Below, in pieces: positions 11,514-24,868 of a DNA stretch of 64,000 nucleotides. The position numbers and the translations under genes were made by a program. A model generated the notes under the pieces. The model saw nothing but the letters and a program-made list of their open reading frames with translations, made no database searches and was not told where the DNA came from. This stretch comes from Octopus vulgaris (taxonomy: Eukaryota). The first letter of the stretch is position 1; every line of letters starts with the position of its first letter. The stretch spans positions 31,124,001 to 31,188,000 of the forward strand of contig OX597836.1 of NCBI GenBank assembly GCA_951406725.2, written 5' to 3'.

Positions 11514-11548
<35 letters not shown>

Positions 11549-12136
11549 ACATCATCATCCTACTTTATCCTGTTTTTCTCTTTTTTTTAACACTGTTCAA
11601 TTTATCATTCTTTATTTAAGATAGCAGGGAAGGGATGATTTGAAGGAAGACTTGGCTGCTATTTCTTGTAGGTCAACAAGTGACTGTGTAAAGGCCCTTT
11701 CATTAGTTTGGAATCATTGTTTTAAACAGAGCATATATGCACTGGAGACCACATTGGACCTGTACACACTACTTCCACCCTCCCCTGTTTTCTTTGCTAA
11801 TCTTTGAGCATTTAGATTAATCTCTCAAATGTCATGCTTATTTATTCCCATTGTTTTGAAGTAATCATGCATTACTTCATACCTTCAGTATTCCAATGAT
11901 GTGACTGCTTATAACAAGAATGACATTGTAGGGTAGGTGTGAAAGGTTAGATCTAGCTGGTTTAAACATAAAAACCAGAATATTTGAGCAAAATATGGCT
12001 GCTTTAAATTTTTAAAGGGTTTAAATGTTTTATAATGAATTTGCAGTTAATAAATTAAAACCAGAAGATCTGGATATTTTCTGCCTTAATTTGAAAGCTG
12101 AAACTAATTTTATTCTGTCAAATATTTGTTTTCCAG

Positions 12137-12277
12137 GCTGAATTAGCTGAACTCGACGCCATAAGAGAGGCTTACCGTGAATCACAGAGAGAAAGTCACA
12201 AAGAGGAAATAATTTCTCTGGAAATTAAACCAGACGAAAAATCCTCTGATATTATCAACAGCGAGGATGACGACTGA
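12137..12277 (+). CDS. TBC1D2B: TBC1D2B-like terminal coding exon (AELAELDAIREAYRESQRESHKEEIISLEIKPDEKSSDIINSEDDD*)
   Basis: ttttccag acceptor, phase 0, TGA at 12275-12277. ELxELxAIRE plus an acidic tail resembles the TBC1D2B C-terminus. Not in the ORF track. Confidence 0.88.
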   Translation, partial: AELAELDAIREAYRESQRESHKEEIISLEIKPDEKSSDIINSEDDD

Positions 12278-12465
12278 AGGATTTGACAATTATTTTCTTT
12301 TAAATGTTCTTAAAGGCTTAGCGCCACTGTTTTTTTTGCCTGTTAATGAAGCGTAAAGTTCACAGTTTTAGAAAACAAAAATATGCTGAATAGCCATGGT
12401 GCTATGTGCTAACATCAAATGAACTCAAAATGAGACAAGCAAAAACAATTTTCTAATTACCACCT

Positions 12466-12482
12466 ATATATACATACATACA

Positions 12483-12528
<46 letters not shown>

Positions 12529-12572
12529 CACACACATACATATATATATACATATATATATATGTATATATA

Positions 12573-12625
<53 letters not shown>

Positions 12626-12652
12626 CAACAATTGAGGGTAAAATTAATTAAT

Positions 12653-12689
<37 letters not shown>

Positions 12690-12785
12690 AATTGAGATAG
12701 GGGTTGTAAATGCAACCCACCATGGGATATATATATATGTATATGTATGTATGTTTATCATATTATATATTATATATATATGTTT
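12466..12785. repeat. (TACA)n/(TA)n microsatellites in the 3' UTR
   Basis: Read directly from the sequence. Confidence 0.95.
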
Positions 12786-13102
12786 GCAAAAAAGTGAGAG
12801 AAAGAGAGTACTTGATACATGTGGTAGAGTTTATGAGTTTATTTATTTGAAAACAGCAGGAGATTCATTTTGTTACCACTCAGTTCCTTTACCGCGCACG
12901 AGAAACTCTGAGTTGCCACAAAAGTGAATCATCAGCTGTTTCGCCCATGAGATTTTTAATGTGGAACTATGTCAAACCTGTTATTAAATACTTAAAACTC
13001 TGACTAAATTGTTGAGTGCTAGTTTGTTTTATTTGTTCACCCACTCATGTACATACATACACAGTGATCACACACACACGCACACACATGCACATATATG
13101 CA

Positions 13103-13141
<39 letters not shown>

Positions 13142-13153
13142 GTATGTCAACAT

Positions 13154-13196
<43 letters not shown>

Positions 13197-13199
13197 ATA

Positions 13200-13412
13200 T
13201 ATATTTGATTAATGATAGAGACAGAAAATGGAAGATACCAAAAAGTTTATTGATCACTACGACTGTTTCGACCCATCTACACTATGGATACACCTGAACC
13301 AGATGTTCAATATCCTACGTGTGAGCGATTGATGCTAGGTAGGTCAAAATAATTGTCGTGACCAATAAACTTTCTTGTATCTTCCATCTTCCGTCCTTCT
13401 CATTAATCAAAT
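13200..13412. repeat. Inverted repeat (~70-bp arms) with hammerhead-remnant and AATAAA ends
   Basis: TATTTGATTAATGA...GACTGTTTCGACC pairs with GGTCAAAATAATT...TCATTAATCAAATA. Confidence 0.8.
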
Positions 13413-15561
13413 ACCCAACGAACACTGAGAAAGAGAATATGCTTTACCAGGGAACTACCAGTTGTATACCATACAATTTATTAACTTATATATATATATA
13501 TATATATATGTTCTAAAATCTACACAGCCTTGGTTTTCTATCTCATTACGAAATAAAATTTATATATATATATACATACATATACACACACACACACACA
13601 TATATACATATGTTGTTGAAGTCATAAGTATTTATAAACTTTTGAAAGAACATGAAATTATTAATATTATTTTTTGGGGGGGAACATTGGCTCTCAAAGC
13701 ACATAAAGTTATAAATAATAGCTGGGGTAAAATGTTGTGTTGAAAAACCCTTTGGAGATAGATAAAAAGTTGAAGGCTGCCCAATAGGATGCAGTCGTGT
13801 ATTTCCTTTGACTTTTCCTATCTAAAAAAAAAAAAAGGGGTATTTCAACCCCATATTAATATGCTATTATTTATAGCTTTACGTGTATTGAGATCCACTG
13901 TTCCAAATAAATAAATATATATATATATGTATGTATATATTGACTTATATGTGTGTGCAGCATCTGCGTTAAAACATGCAGTGTTGTTGCAGCTAGTTTC
14001 CATGTCTTTCTATATGATTCCACTCCACTTCAACATAATAGGGTGTTCTGTGTTCCCTTAATTTTTGTTGTCTTTAATCAATTGTTATAATTAATTTTTG
14101 TTTTCTTTATTTAAGTGGAGTGGGACGTGTCTTAGAAACGACCTCAGCGTAAATTTCTCAAAGCTCAAAATATTTCTCAATGTTGAAACCAATGATTTGT
14201 TTTTGTCCCTAAAGCAGTCAGTCATATAAAGTAGAAAAAGAGGGAATCTTTTAAGCTGCTTGCTTTCTGAGACCAGTGTTACTGTCCCATCTCATGCCGA
14301 TCTTCCTTACAACCATTCCATTCGTTTTGTTCAAATCCCAGTATATCTCATGATGAAGTGAGACATATCATGACATATTGTTGGTTTTGTTCCCATCATA
14401 TTGTAATATGTCGTACCCAAAAAAAAGAAAAGAAACCAAATGGTTTCCCTACCACTGGTTTTGGTCAAAAAATTCTGCACTATTTCATGATGGTATGACT
14501 TAAACTCCATGAGTGTTGATGACATGGCTACCAATTGATTCAGTTGCAGTTGGTGCTTTTATTATATAAAGCTCAATAGAACCGTTATAGAATATTGAGT
14601 GAGTGGTCAGTATTTAGTAATATAGTAAAGTAGATGTATTTCACCAAAGAAAATCTGTAGTAAAATTGTTTTACATTCCTGGATTAAGTAAACTTTTACA
14701 GTTGTAAAAATATTTCTTGAGTGATAAAAGGAAGGTCAAACAGTTTAGCTGTAACACACACACATGCACACGCACACACACACCAACACACACACACACA
14801 CACAACACACGCACACACGCACGAAGGTTTTGCAAGATATTGTTGATACAGTCACATTATTTGAAGAATGATTTTCTTAAAAAATAAAAATTATTAACCC
14901 TCTTGGGACACCCAGGCCAATTCATCGGCCCAGGTGACACAAGTTGAAAGAACTTTGAAGTCAATTCGTCAGCCTGATGAAACAAATGTTGTGAATGGTT
15001 GCTTTTGAAATGTAATAGCCAATCAGAGATCATCTTTCAGTAGGTAAATCTGAATAGAAAACAAATTTTGGTCTTTTTGGCTACACATACCAAAACACCA
15101 AGTGTCTCAAAATGGTTTATTATATTAAAAACAAAACCTTTAAAAAAATAAGATCACTTTAACCTTTTGGAAAGAAGATTTTGGATTGCCCCATAACATT
15201 TGTGTTTCAAGGACCAAACAGTGAAAGCACTTTCACTCAAAACAAAGGCTTAAGAAAATCTCTCTCCAAATGTCAGAGGTGTACCTGCCAGGTGAGTGAT
15301 TTGATCTGAGACCATGTGTTGAAACTAAAACAATTGCAGCAGGGAAGACACATGTTAGCTATTCAAAAACACACAAGGGTTACTCTTTTACTCTTTTACT
15401 TGTTTCAGTCATTTCACTGCAGCCATGCTGGAGCACCATCGACCCCAGGACTTATTCTTTGTAAGCCCAGTACTTATTCTATCGGTCTGTTTTGCCGAAC
15501 CGCTAAGTTATGGGGACGTAAACACACCAGCATCAGTTGTCAAGCAATGTTGGGGGGACAA

Positions 15562-15594
<33 letters not shown>

Positions 15595-16757
15595 CATATA
15601 CATATATATGATGGGCTTCTTTCAGTTTCCGTCTACCAAATTCACTCACAAGGCTTTGGTCGGCCCGAGGCTATAGTAGAAGACACTTGCTCAAGGTGCC
15701 ACACAGTGGGACTGAACCCAGAACCATGTGGTTCATAAGCAACCTACTTACCACACAGACACTCCTGCGCCTATAACTTCGCTTAAACTATTTAGTATTT
15801 TTAGTATTTGATGTCAAAAATATTTTGTTGCACCAACTGCGACCCGGTCATTGGCATGATTCCACTTCATTTTGATTGTGTGTTTGTTTGTCTGAGTCAT
15901 TATCAAACATTTGTGTATGCCTAACGAGTTAATCTAACTGCAAACATTCAAATGATCAAATTGATCAGAGAAATATGGACAGTGAACTCTATGAATTACG
16001 ACATTCAGTTTATAGATATATTATTGCAGAAGCTTTTCATATGAAAATGTTATAAAACTAAAAACCTTAGTTGTAAAATGTATTTTAGTGTTACAAACAA
16101 TAACAGTTGATCAACAGAAAAAACATAGCATTATTGTAATACAATGGTGAGTTCATAGAGCAGAGAAATACAGTATTTAGTATTTAGTTTCATTCTTCTA
16201 TATTTTGAGTTCAAACACTACCAGTATTAATTTTGGTTTTTATCTTCCTGGGGTTGCAAAATTATGTTCAAATTTTAAATTCAAATCTTTGTTTCAAACC
16301 TTGTTAGTTCAGGAATGATAACATTACAGTTCAAATAGATAAATTTTTGCGTCTTTAATTAAGTTGAAAGTTAGTCTTCGTTATTTCAAAAATCAAAACT
16401 ACAGAGGCAGAACATATTCTTGTTAGCCTTTTAACTGTGAAATTAAATTTCATGATTATTCTAGTAAATGATATAAAATATCTGTGAAAGAAGAATTGCC
16501 TTTGTAAACTATCACAACAAAAAATAGTTTCAAGTGTAACATTCTTCAACAAAAGATAGATTGGTGAATAAAACTACTTTCTGCAGTTAGGGATAATGAA
16601 ATTTTGAGTGGATATATCTGATTTCTGCAATAAAAGGGTTAAAGTAAAAATAGGAGACATTGGATCATGTCTTGAATTTAGTGTAACTAGTAAAAAAAAA
16701 AAGTAAGACAGTCATGGTTGGACTGTCTTTGATCACAGGTTTGACAAATTTCCTTAA

Positions 16758-16998
16758 CCCATTTACTGCAAAATTAAATTTCAGGGTTATTCCAGTAATG
16801 ATGTTAAATATCTACCAAAAATCAGAATTGTTATTTTCTGCAAATCCCATTGCCTCAACATACTTGGCATATTTCAATGGAAAATAGTTTCAAACATGAT
16901 ATTCCTTAACAAAAGATAGCTTGGTATATAAATTTGCTTTCTGCAGTTAGGGATAATGAAATTTTGAGTGGAGATATCTGACATCTGCAGTGAAAGGG
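16758..16998. mobile_element. TTAA-flanked piggyBac-type MITE; second tandem copy at ~16426-16638
   Basis: TTAA|CCCATTTACTGCA...TGCAGTGAAAGGG|TTAA. Confidence 0.75.
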
Positions 16999-17280
16999 TT
17001 AAAATACAATGGCAAAGAGTTTGGAATTTTGATAACTGATTTTGAATGTGAACAATTGTCTTTCATTCAGTTGAAAGTGCGTTATTTCTCTAAATCTCAT
17101 AATTCTTGATTACTTTGAAAATTAAAACCACGAATACAAAATGTCTTCTTGTTGAAAAAGGGAAGAAAAAAAAAAACTTGGTCACAAAAGGGTTAATCTG
17201 AGAGTGTGGAAAAGAGATGGAATTTTAATAATTGATTTTGAATGTGATATTATTTTGCCTTTAATTTGTAATTTGTTGTT

Positions 17281-17286
17281 AATAAA
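17281..17286 (+). promoter_or_regulatory. Candidate polyadenylation signal of a long TBC1D2B-like 3' UTR
   Basis: AATAAA preceded by a U-rich tract. Alternative AATAAA sites near 13906 and 17378. Confidence 0.3.
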
Positions 17287-18569
17287 TGTTTATTCTGTTA
17301 AAACGGTATCTGACTTTAAGATGAAAACAAATTGAACGTTAAGACATATTTTGAAAAACCATATTACATTTAACATTAATAAATCAAGTTAAATCATTCC
17401 TTACTCTGTGATGGAATCAACCAGAGTCAACTATTGATTATTATTATGTTATTATTCACAAATGAAATCATTTTCATCAATAGCATGTTTTTATTTAATT
17501 ATATTGAAACCTAATCACATCTGGTAATTTTCCACTGAAAAATACAACTTTGATGTATAAAATAGGAAATAGGATATATAAAAACTAACATGTCTAGTAG
17601 ATTGCTGCTTTTTATCTAATAATAATGATAATAAGGAAAATGAGAAATAGGTTTGCTGTATTGATTATTGAACTGAGCTGAAATAGAATTTACATATAAA
17701 GAAAATAAAGACAAAAACACTTTCCGTAAAAATTCAGAAAAATTGATTATTATTAAAACATTTATGATTTTACATATTGATTCTTAAATTCTATTACTAA
17801 GTTCTTTTTCATAGAAGCTAGCTATCAGCAAGCAGGTATTGTGAATCAAGAACGGTTGTCAATCATGCTTTTGCTCTGATTCTTAAACAATCAACAATGC
17901 CCTTTGCAATAGAAACTAGAAGAGTGAAAACAAAACACACACACATACACACACAAAAACAAAACAAAAAAGACAAATAAAAAGTATAAAGAACATAAAT
18001 TAGTTTAAGCTCATAGAACTGCTTTTTCAAATGTTTACTTCCTCCAAGAGAAGATTCCATATTAAAAATCTGCATGGCTTCTTACACGATGCCATTTAAG
18101 AATAGAATAGAAACACAAGATTCCTGAAATACCAAAATCAAAGATTTTGTGAGAGAAATTTCCAAAAAAAAATGCATCAATTACTTTATTTAGCATGAAT
18201 ACAGTTATTGTTTATTTTGCTTGTTTTGGTAATTTCTCTGTGGCCACGCTGGAGCACTACCTTGAAGTGGTTAGTCGAACAAATCAACCCCAGGACTTAT
18301 TTTTAAACCTAATACATACTCTATTGATCTCTTTTGCCGAACTACTAAGTTACTAAGTTACAGGTACCTAAACAAACCAAAGGAGTGGGGTGGGGGAACA
18401 AACACTCACATCTATATACCCTGGGCTGCTTTTAATTTCTGCCTACCAAATCCACACAGTGGGACTGAACCCAGAACCATGTAGTTGGGAAGCAAGCTTC
18501 TTACCACATAGTCATGCAAGCAGTTTTATTCAAGTTTTTATTTACTTGGATTTGTTTGTTATTATTTAA

Positions 18570-18787
18570 CTCTTTAGTATTCCAATTACACTATCAAATG
18601 TAAGGCTTATTTATCCAGATTTTAAAAAATTAATCACATATTATCTTGTAGCTTCAAGATTTCAAAGATGTGGTTGTTTATTTTTAGAATGACATTGTAG
18701 TGTAGGTGGGAGAGGTTGGATCTGGCCAGTTCGAATATAAAAAGGTAGAACATTCGGTTAGATATGGATGACTTAAATGTTAAAGGG
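18570..18787. mobile_element. ~220-bp TTAA-flanked piggyBac-type MITE; copies at 11800-12019, 27197-27408, 33288-33506, 40126-40772
   Basis: TTAA TSDs and CCCTTTAG/CTAAAGGG-type termini, best preserved at 33288-33506. Confidence 0.8.
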
Positions 18788-20740
18788 TTAATCCCAGTTT
18801 TGTCTTGAGCCAATAATCCTATGACCTAAAGCATTCCAACCATGGCCACCCCTTGTTTGTATGAATGTGTCTAGGGGTTATTTTATTCAATATGTTCCTT
18901 TCTTCCTCAAGATATTAACGAGCTCTATGAGTGAGATTTGGTTGCTATTTCTAGTTGCTCCAGCAGGGCTACAGTCAAATGACTGAAACAAGTAAAAGAG
19001 TAAAAGAGATGCCTCACATTATATATATATATATATATATATATAAATATATACACACATACCTATTGACACACACACACATACACTCACGTATATCTAT
19101 TAAGTGAGGAGTGCATAATGTGTGTGTGCATATCTCTATATCTTTCAGCATGAATGAGAAAACTGAAAGGAAACCAGTGCATTTTTCCTTTGTGATTTTT
19201 GCCCTGCATCAAGTTATAGATATTCTTTTAGCATTCAGAAGAAGAAAAAAAATGTGCAGTGAACCAGTGATTTGGTCAATAGAATGATTTTAACCGATGA
19301 CTGTGTCTTTCACCATTTGCAATAAGAATATAAAAAAAAATGTAAACATGACCAAAAAAGAGTATTTTGCAAGTATGGATATTTGTACATTGTCAGGACA
19401 ACTGTTGTTTTGTTTTTCTCTTGTAGCTTTTGATTATTCTTCTCAATATTAAATTACTCTACATGGAAGTAGAACACATCAACCAGGCGGACCAAAGAGT
19501 GTGAATTTATGTACCTTGTTTTTCACACAATTCAGATTCACTCATGCGTGGGTCTGGAGTTACAGCGGAAGACATAGACAAATTTTTTTTATGTGCCCTT
19601 TTCAAGCCTAGCCAGGCTCATGGGCCCAGTTTCCCAATTTCTGTGGTGTATGTGTTCTGCCCCCCACCCCAGCTTGATGGGATGCCAGTCCATTGCAGTG
19701 TTACTCAAGAAACAGGAAGAGAGAGTAAGAGAAAGTTGGGGCGAAAGAGTACAACAGGGGTCGTCACCACCCCCTGCCAGAGTCTTGTGGAGCCTTAGGT
19801 GTTTTTGCTCAATAAACACACACAACGCCTGGTCTGGGAATCGAAATTGCGGTCTTCTGACTGCGAGTGCGCTGCCCTAACCACTGGGCCATTGCACCTC
19901 CCAAATGCACCCTTTTAAAGCCTAGCCAGGCTCATGGACCTGGTTTCCCAGTTTCCATGGTGTATGTGTTCCCAAGCTGGATGGGACGCCAGTCCATTGC
20001 AGCGTTACTCATTTTTGCCAGCCGAGTGGACTGGAGCAATGTGAAATGAAGTGTTTTGCTCAAGAACACAACGTGTCGCCCGGTCCAGGAATCGAAACCA
20101 CAATCTTACGATCATGATGCTGACACTCTAACCACTAAGCCACATGCCTCCACACATACATACATACATATAGATAGACAGATGCAAGCTTGCGTGTGTG
20201 TGTGGTAGAGAAGCTTGCTTCCCAGTTACATGGATTTAGGTTCACTCCCAATGCATGACACCTTTAGACCAACATGCAATGAAGCGTTTTGCACAATAAA
20301 ACAACACACCATCTGGTCTAGGAATTGAACCCATAATCTGGCAATCATGAGTGCAACACCTTAACTACTAGGCCACACATCTTCATGTGTAGACATGGTA
20401 AGAATATAAAGGGACATAACTATACAATGACTTTATAAAAAAACAAATCCTTCTTCTTTATAACAGACATAAGTGTATCTTGGACAACTGGCCAGCTTCC
20501 CTTTCAAAGATATTTAAACATATAGGCACAGGTGTGGCTATTTGGGTAAGAAGCTTGTTTTCTAACCACGTGGTCTTGGGTTCAGTCCTACTGTGTGACA
20601 CCTTGAGGAAGTGTCTTCTACTATAGCATCGGGTTGACTAAAGATTTGTGAGTAGATTTGCTTGACAGAAATTGAAAGAAACCCACCATTAATGTACATA
20701 TGTGTATGTGTGTGTGTGTATATATATATATGTGTGTGTG

Positions 20741-20773
<33 letters not shown>

Positions 20774-21129
20774 AGGTAGTTAGGGTAAATTCCATGTCTA
20801 TCTAACATATAGAATGAAACGTAATGGTTAATAAATAAGACCAAAACCATTCCAATTTCCTGTTTTGTTACACACACACACATGTATGTATCTGTGTGTG
20901 TTTTTTGTTTGTCCTTCATCACTGCTTGTCAACTGGTGGTGGTTTGTTTACATCCCTGTAACTTAGCAGTTTGGAAAATGAGGCTGATGGCATAAGTGTC
21001 ATGCTTAAAATATAACTACTGAGGTTGATTTGTTCAACTAAACCTTTCAAAAGTGGCTGCACTCCAATGACTGGTAGAAACAAAAAAAGAAGGAACGAAA
21101 GAAGAACACCTTAACATACCCATGCATGC

Positions 21130-21592
21130 AGCAGCTTCCCTCATCACAGCTTCCCTCAACACTGCTTCCCTCATCAAAGCTTCCCTCATCACAGCTTCCC
21201 TCATCACAGCTCCCCTCATCACAGTTTCCCTCATCACAGCTTCCCTCATCACTGCTTCCATCATCACAGCTTCCCACATCAAAGCTTCCCTCATCACAGC
21301 TTCCCTCATCACAGACCTCCCTCATCAAAGCTTCCCTCATCACAGCTTCCCTCATCACAGCTTCCCTCATCACTGCTTCCCTCATCAAAGCTTCCCTCAT
21401 CAAAGCTTCCCTCATCACAGCTTCCCTCATCACAGCTTCCCACATCAAAGCTTTCCTCATCACACCTTCCCTCATCACAGCTCCCCTCATCACAGCTTCC
21501 CTCATCACAGCTTCCCACATCAAAGCTTCCCTCATCACAGCTTCCCTCATCACAGCTTCCCTCATCACAGCTCCCCCTCATCACAGCTTCCT
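21130..21592. repeat. 15-bp minisatellite (CTTCCCTCATCACAG) x~30
   Basis: Read directly from the sequence. Explains five ORF-track entries. Confidence 0.95.
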
Positions 21593-21881
21593 TTGTCAAC
21601 TTTGGCCTTCACTACGTTCTCCTACTGTCGCAAATAGGTGACAACTTGGCCAAATCATTAGAGCATTGGACAGATTGTTCCAGTTCTCTGAGTTCAAATC
21701 CTACCGAGGTCAACTTTTACTTCTAACCTTTCAGGACAAATAGATAAAGCTACTATTTCAATACAGGGATCGATTCTCTTGTTCCTTTTGGTTTTCTTTC
21801 TTCCTCTCTAGAAGAAAATGGATATGTTCGGTCAGGGAGAGGAATGAAATGGGCTCCATGAAAATTAAAATGTCCAAGACA

Positions 21882-22383
21882 TACCATATTTTCTAGCATA
21901 CAACTTGAATTTTCAGACCAAAATTTACACCAAAAAAGGAATCAGTCTATTTATATACCAAGATGACTTTGGAGGACCAAAAATTCCATGTGAAATGCAG
22001 CAGGATTTGAAAGGATAGTGATGATATTTGAATGCTTACACTATATACTACATTGGCAGGTATGCCAGAAAATAATGAGTGTATGTTTCAGTCAATGAAG
22101 GAAACCTCTACACAGTTGCTAGACCTGTTAAAAATAGCAGCTAAATTTTTTTCAAATTGTACACTTCTGTCTTATTATATGTACATAATATATTTTCCAG
22201 CATATAAGTCGAACTTTCTGACCAGAATTTAAAGCCAAAGAAAGGTAAGTTGACTTATACACTGAGACTACTTTGGAGGACCAAAAATTCTTTGAGATAG
22301 GCAGCAGGGTTTGGAAAGATAGTGACGATGTTTGAATGTTTACATTATATATTATATTGAATTGTATGCCAGAAAATACAGTG
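21882..22383. mobile_element. Two tandem ~195-bp MITEs with Tc2/pogo-like ends
   Basis: CCATATTTTCTAGCATAC...GTATGCCAGAAAATA, repeated ~300 bp apart. Confidence 0.6.
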
Positions 22384-23038
22384 CTATCTTTATGATTCCA
22401 AGAGTTAAGCTAGAATGTTAAAACTTAGTGCACATTCACAGCAGAGTTCACTAAGTGTGCATTAGCTTCATTTATTTGGCAAGAGTCCGGATACTTATTG
22501 ATCAGACCACGCATATATAGCTTTGAATTATGTGTCACCTTTTAAATATTGAGTTCAAGAGAGATTTTGAAATTATTTCAAAATTTGTTTTCCTTGCACA
22601 ATCTACCAAATTTAATTCATTAAAACAAAAAAGAAAAGGAAGGAAGAAGGAAGGAAGGAAAGACAGCTATTAACCAGACTTCACTTTCCTGTATTCCATA
22701 TCAATAATAATTATGATAATGGTTAATGGATCCCATATCAGTAATGATAAATGAACCTGTTTCATTATTATATTACTTTAGTTTTAAACCAATGTGGTGG
22801 TGGGGGTGGTAGTTTGTTGGTTGGTTGCTTGGTTGGTTAATTAAGTAGTGGGTGGGGGGGATAGCTGGTGTTCAACAAAATACTTTATTGCTTGTGTTGT
22901 TCTTGTTACTATTTTTTAGCTTAATATTGTGCATCTTAAATTATATGAAAGCAGTTTATAGTCGTTTAGTTTTAGTCACTGTTACTATTACAGAGTCTTG
23001 TGCCTACGTCAGAAATCATCATCAACATCATCATCATT

Positions 23039-23070
<32 letters not shown>

Positions 23071-23208
23071 TCTTATTCTGCCTTGGTCTACTTTGCCTTT
23101 CATCTTGTCGGGCTTGATAAATCAAGTACCAACAAAACACTGGGGTCAATGTTATTGACTAGTCCCCTCCTCACAAAATTTCAGGCCTTGTGCCTTTAGT
23201 TAAAAAGG

Positions 23209-23432
<224 letters not shown>

Positions 23433-24084
23433 TCTGAGTTCAAATTGTGTTGAGGTTGACTTTGTCTTTCATCCTTTTTCAGGGTCGATAAATTAAGTAC
23501 CAGTTACATACTCGGGTCGATGTAATCGACTTAGCCCCGCCCCCAAATTTCAGGCCTTGTGCCTTTAATAGAAAGGATAATAATTATTATTATTATTATT
23601 ATTATTATTAGTTTCCAACTAGCAATAACCACGCCTCGGATTTACCTCATTGGCCATGGTACTGCCTCTGCGGTACCATTTTACCGTTGAGTGTGTTACA
23701 TTATAAGGCACAAAAAGAAAATGACTCTCCCCAGACACAACAGAATATGCTTCAACACACGAAGTCATATAAAGAATCTTGCAAACCAAATCCAAAAACG
23801 AAACATTAAACACTATGTGTACTCAGGAAACAGATGTTCTTGAATGCCCAGCAGCAGTCAAAGGTCAGCTAGCAGCAGTAGTAGAATCGCTAGTTCTAGA
23901 TTTCTGATTTTAGCTTCATCAGTAGCAGGTATGTAAGTCACCTCATGCCAAGCAAATCTAAACTAGCTGATATGGATAAACAAAGATTGTAAGGTCACTG
24001 ATGTTTGTATTTGGCCAGAAAACTGGGCAATAATTCAGCTTTAGCAACAGAATTAGATTTAGTTCAAAATTAGCAATCTGTATA

Positions 24085-24584
24085 CAGTGATACCTCGTTT
24101 ATCGTGGTAGATTGGTTCCGAGACCGGCCGCGATAACTGAATTTCCGCAAAGTAGGGACACCATATTTACAGTATTTATTTAACGTGTATTTGGACTTTT
24201 AAAACCCTCCCTGTACTGTTAACAACCCACCCATTACAGTAGTCTATTAATAACAAGGACAACTGTTAAGCAATAACACTTTAGATTTTAAAAAAATAAA
24301 GATTGTTACTGTTACACAGGCCAGATTACAAAATAGAAAGCTGTGATTCGTCATCTCTCTCTCCATTGCATCAATCACAGCCCGTCTTAAGTTCAAATAC
24401 CCCTGTATATGCTTTTTTGCTATTTTACGCTTGTTTTGTTGTTCCTAGACTAGGAAATAATATTTATTATTAATATTTTAATGGATTTAATAAAACATTT
24501 TAGGAGTTCATATATATATATTTTTAAAATCCACGAAGTCATGAATCTGCGATAGTTGAACCGCAAAGTAGCGAGGGATCACTG
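24085..24584. mobile_element. 500-bp Tigger/pogo-like MITE with TA TSD
   Basis: TA|CAGTGATACCTCG...CGAGGGATCACTG|TA. Confidence 0.85.
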
Positions 24585-24817
24585 TACATGCTTAATGTAT
24601 ATATATTATTGAAAGCATTCTACACTGCTGTATTTATCTTAAGAAAGCATCTCTAATGATGTTGAAAACACAGACAAATATCAGCAGCAGGCAAAGGTCG
24701 CCTAGTAACAGCGGTGGAATTGCTAGATCTAAACTTTTGTTTATTAGCTTCAACAAGTGACTATCACCTGCTACTCTTAACTGTCTTTGTTTTAATACTA
24801 TTTATCTATAAGAGATG

Positions 24818-24867
<50 letters not shown>

Positions 24868-24868
<1 letters not shown>

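Noticed and set aside
14974-15012. CTGATGA...GAAA as a hammerhead
   Set aside because: No convincing stems.
15316-15738. Recurrent ORFs ending YDGLLSVSVYQIHSQGFGRPEAIVEDTC
   Set aside because: Antisense translations of SINE-B, not a gene family.
21130-21592. CRISPR-like array or EGSCD/MREAV repeat protein
   Set aside because: Contiguous units without spacers, eukaryotic context, and frame breaks.
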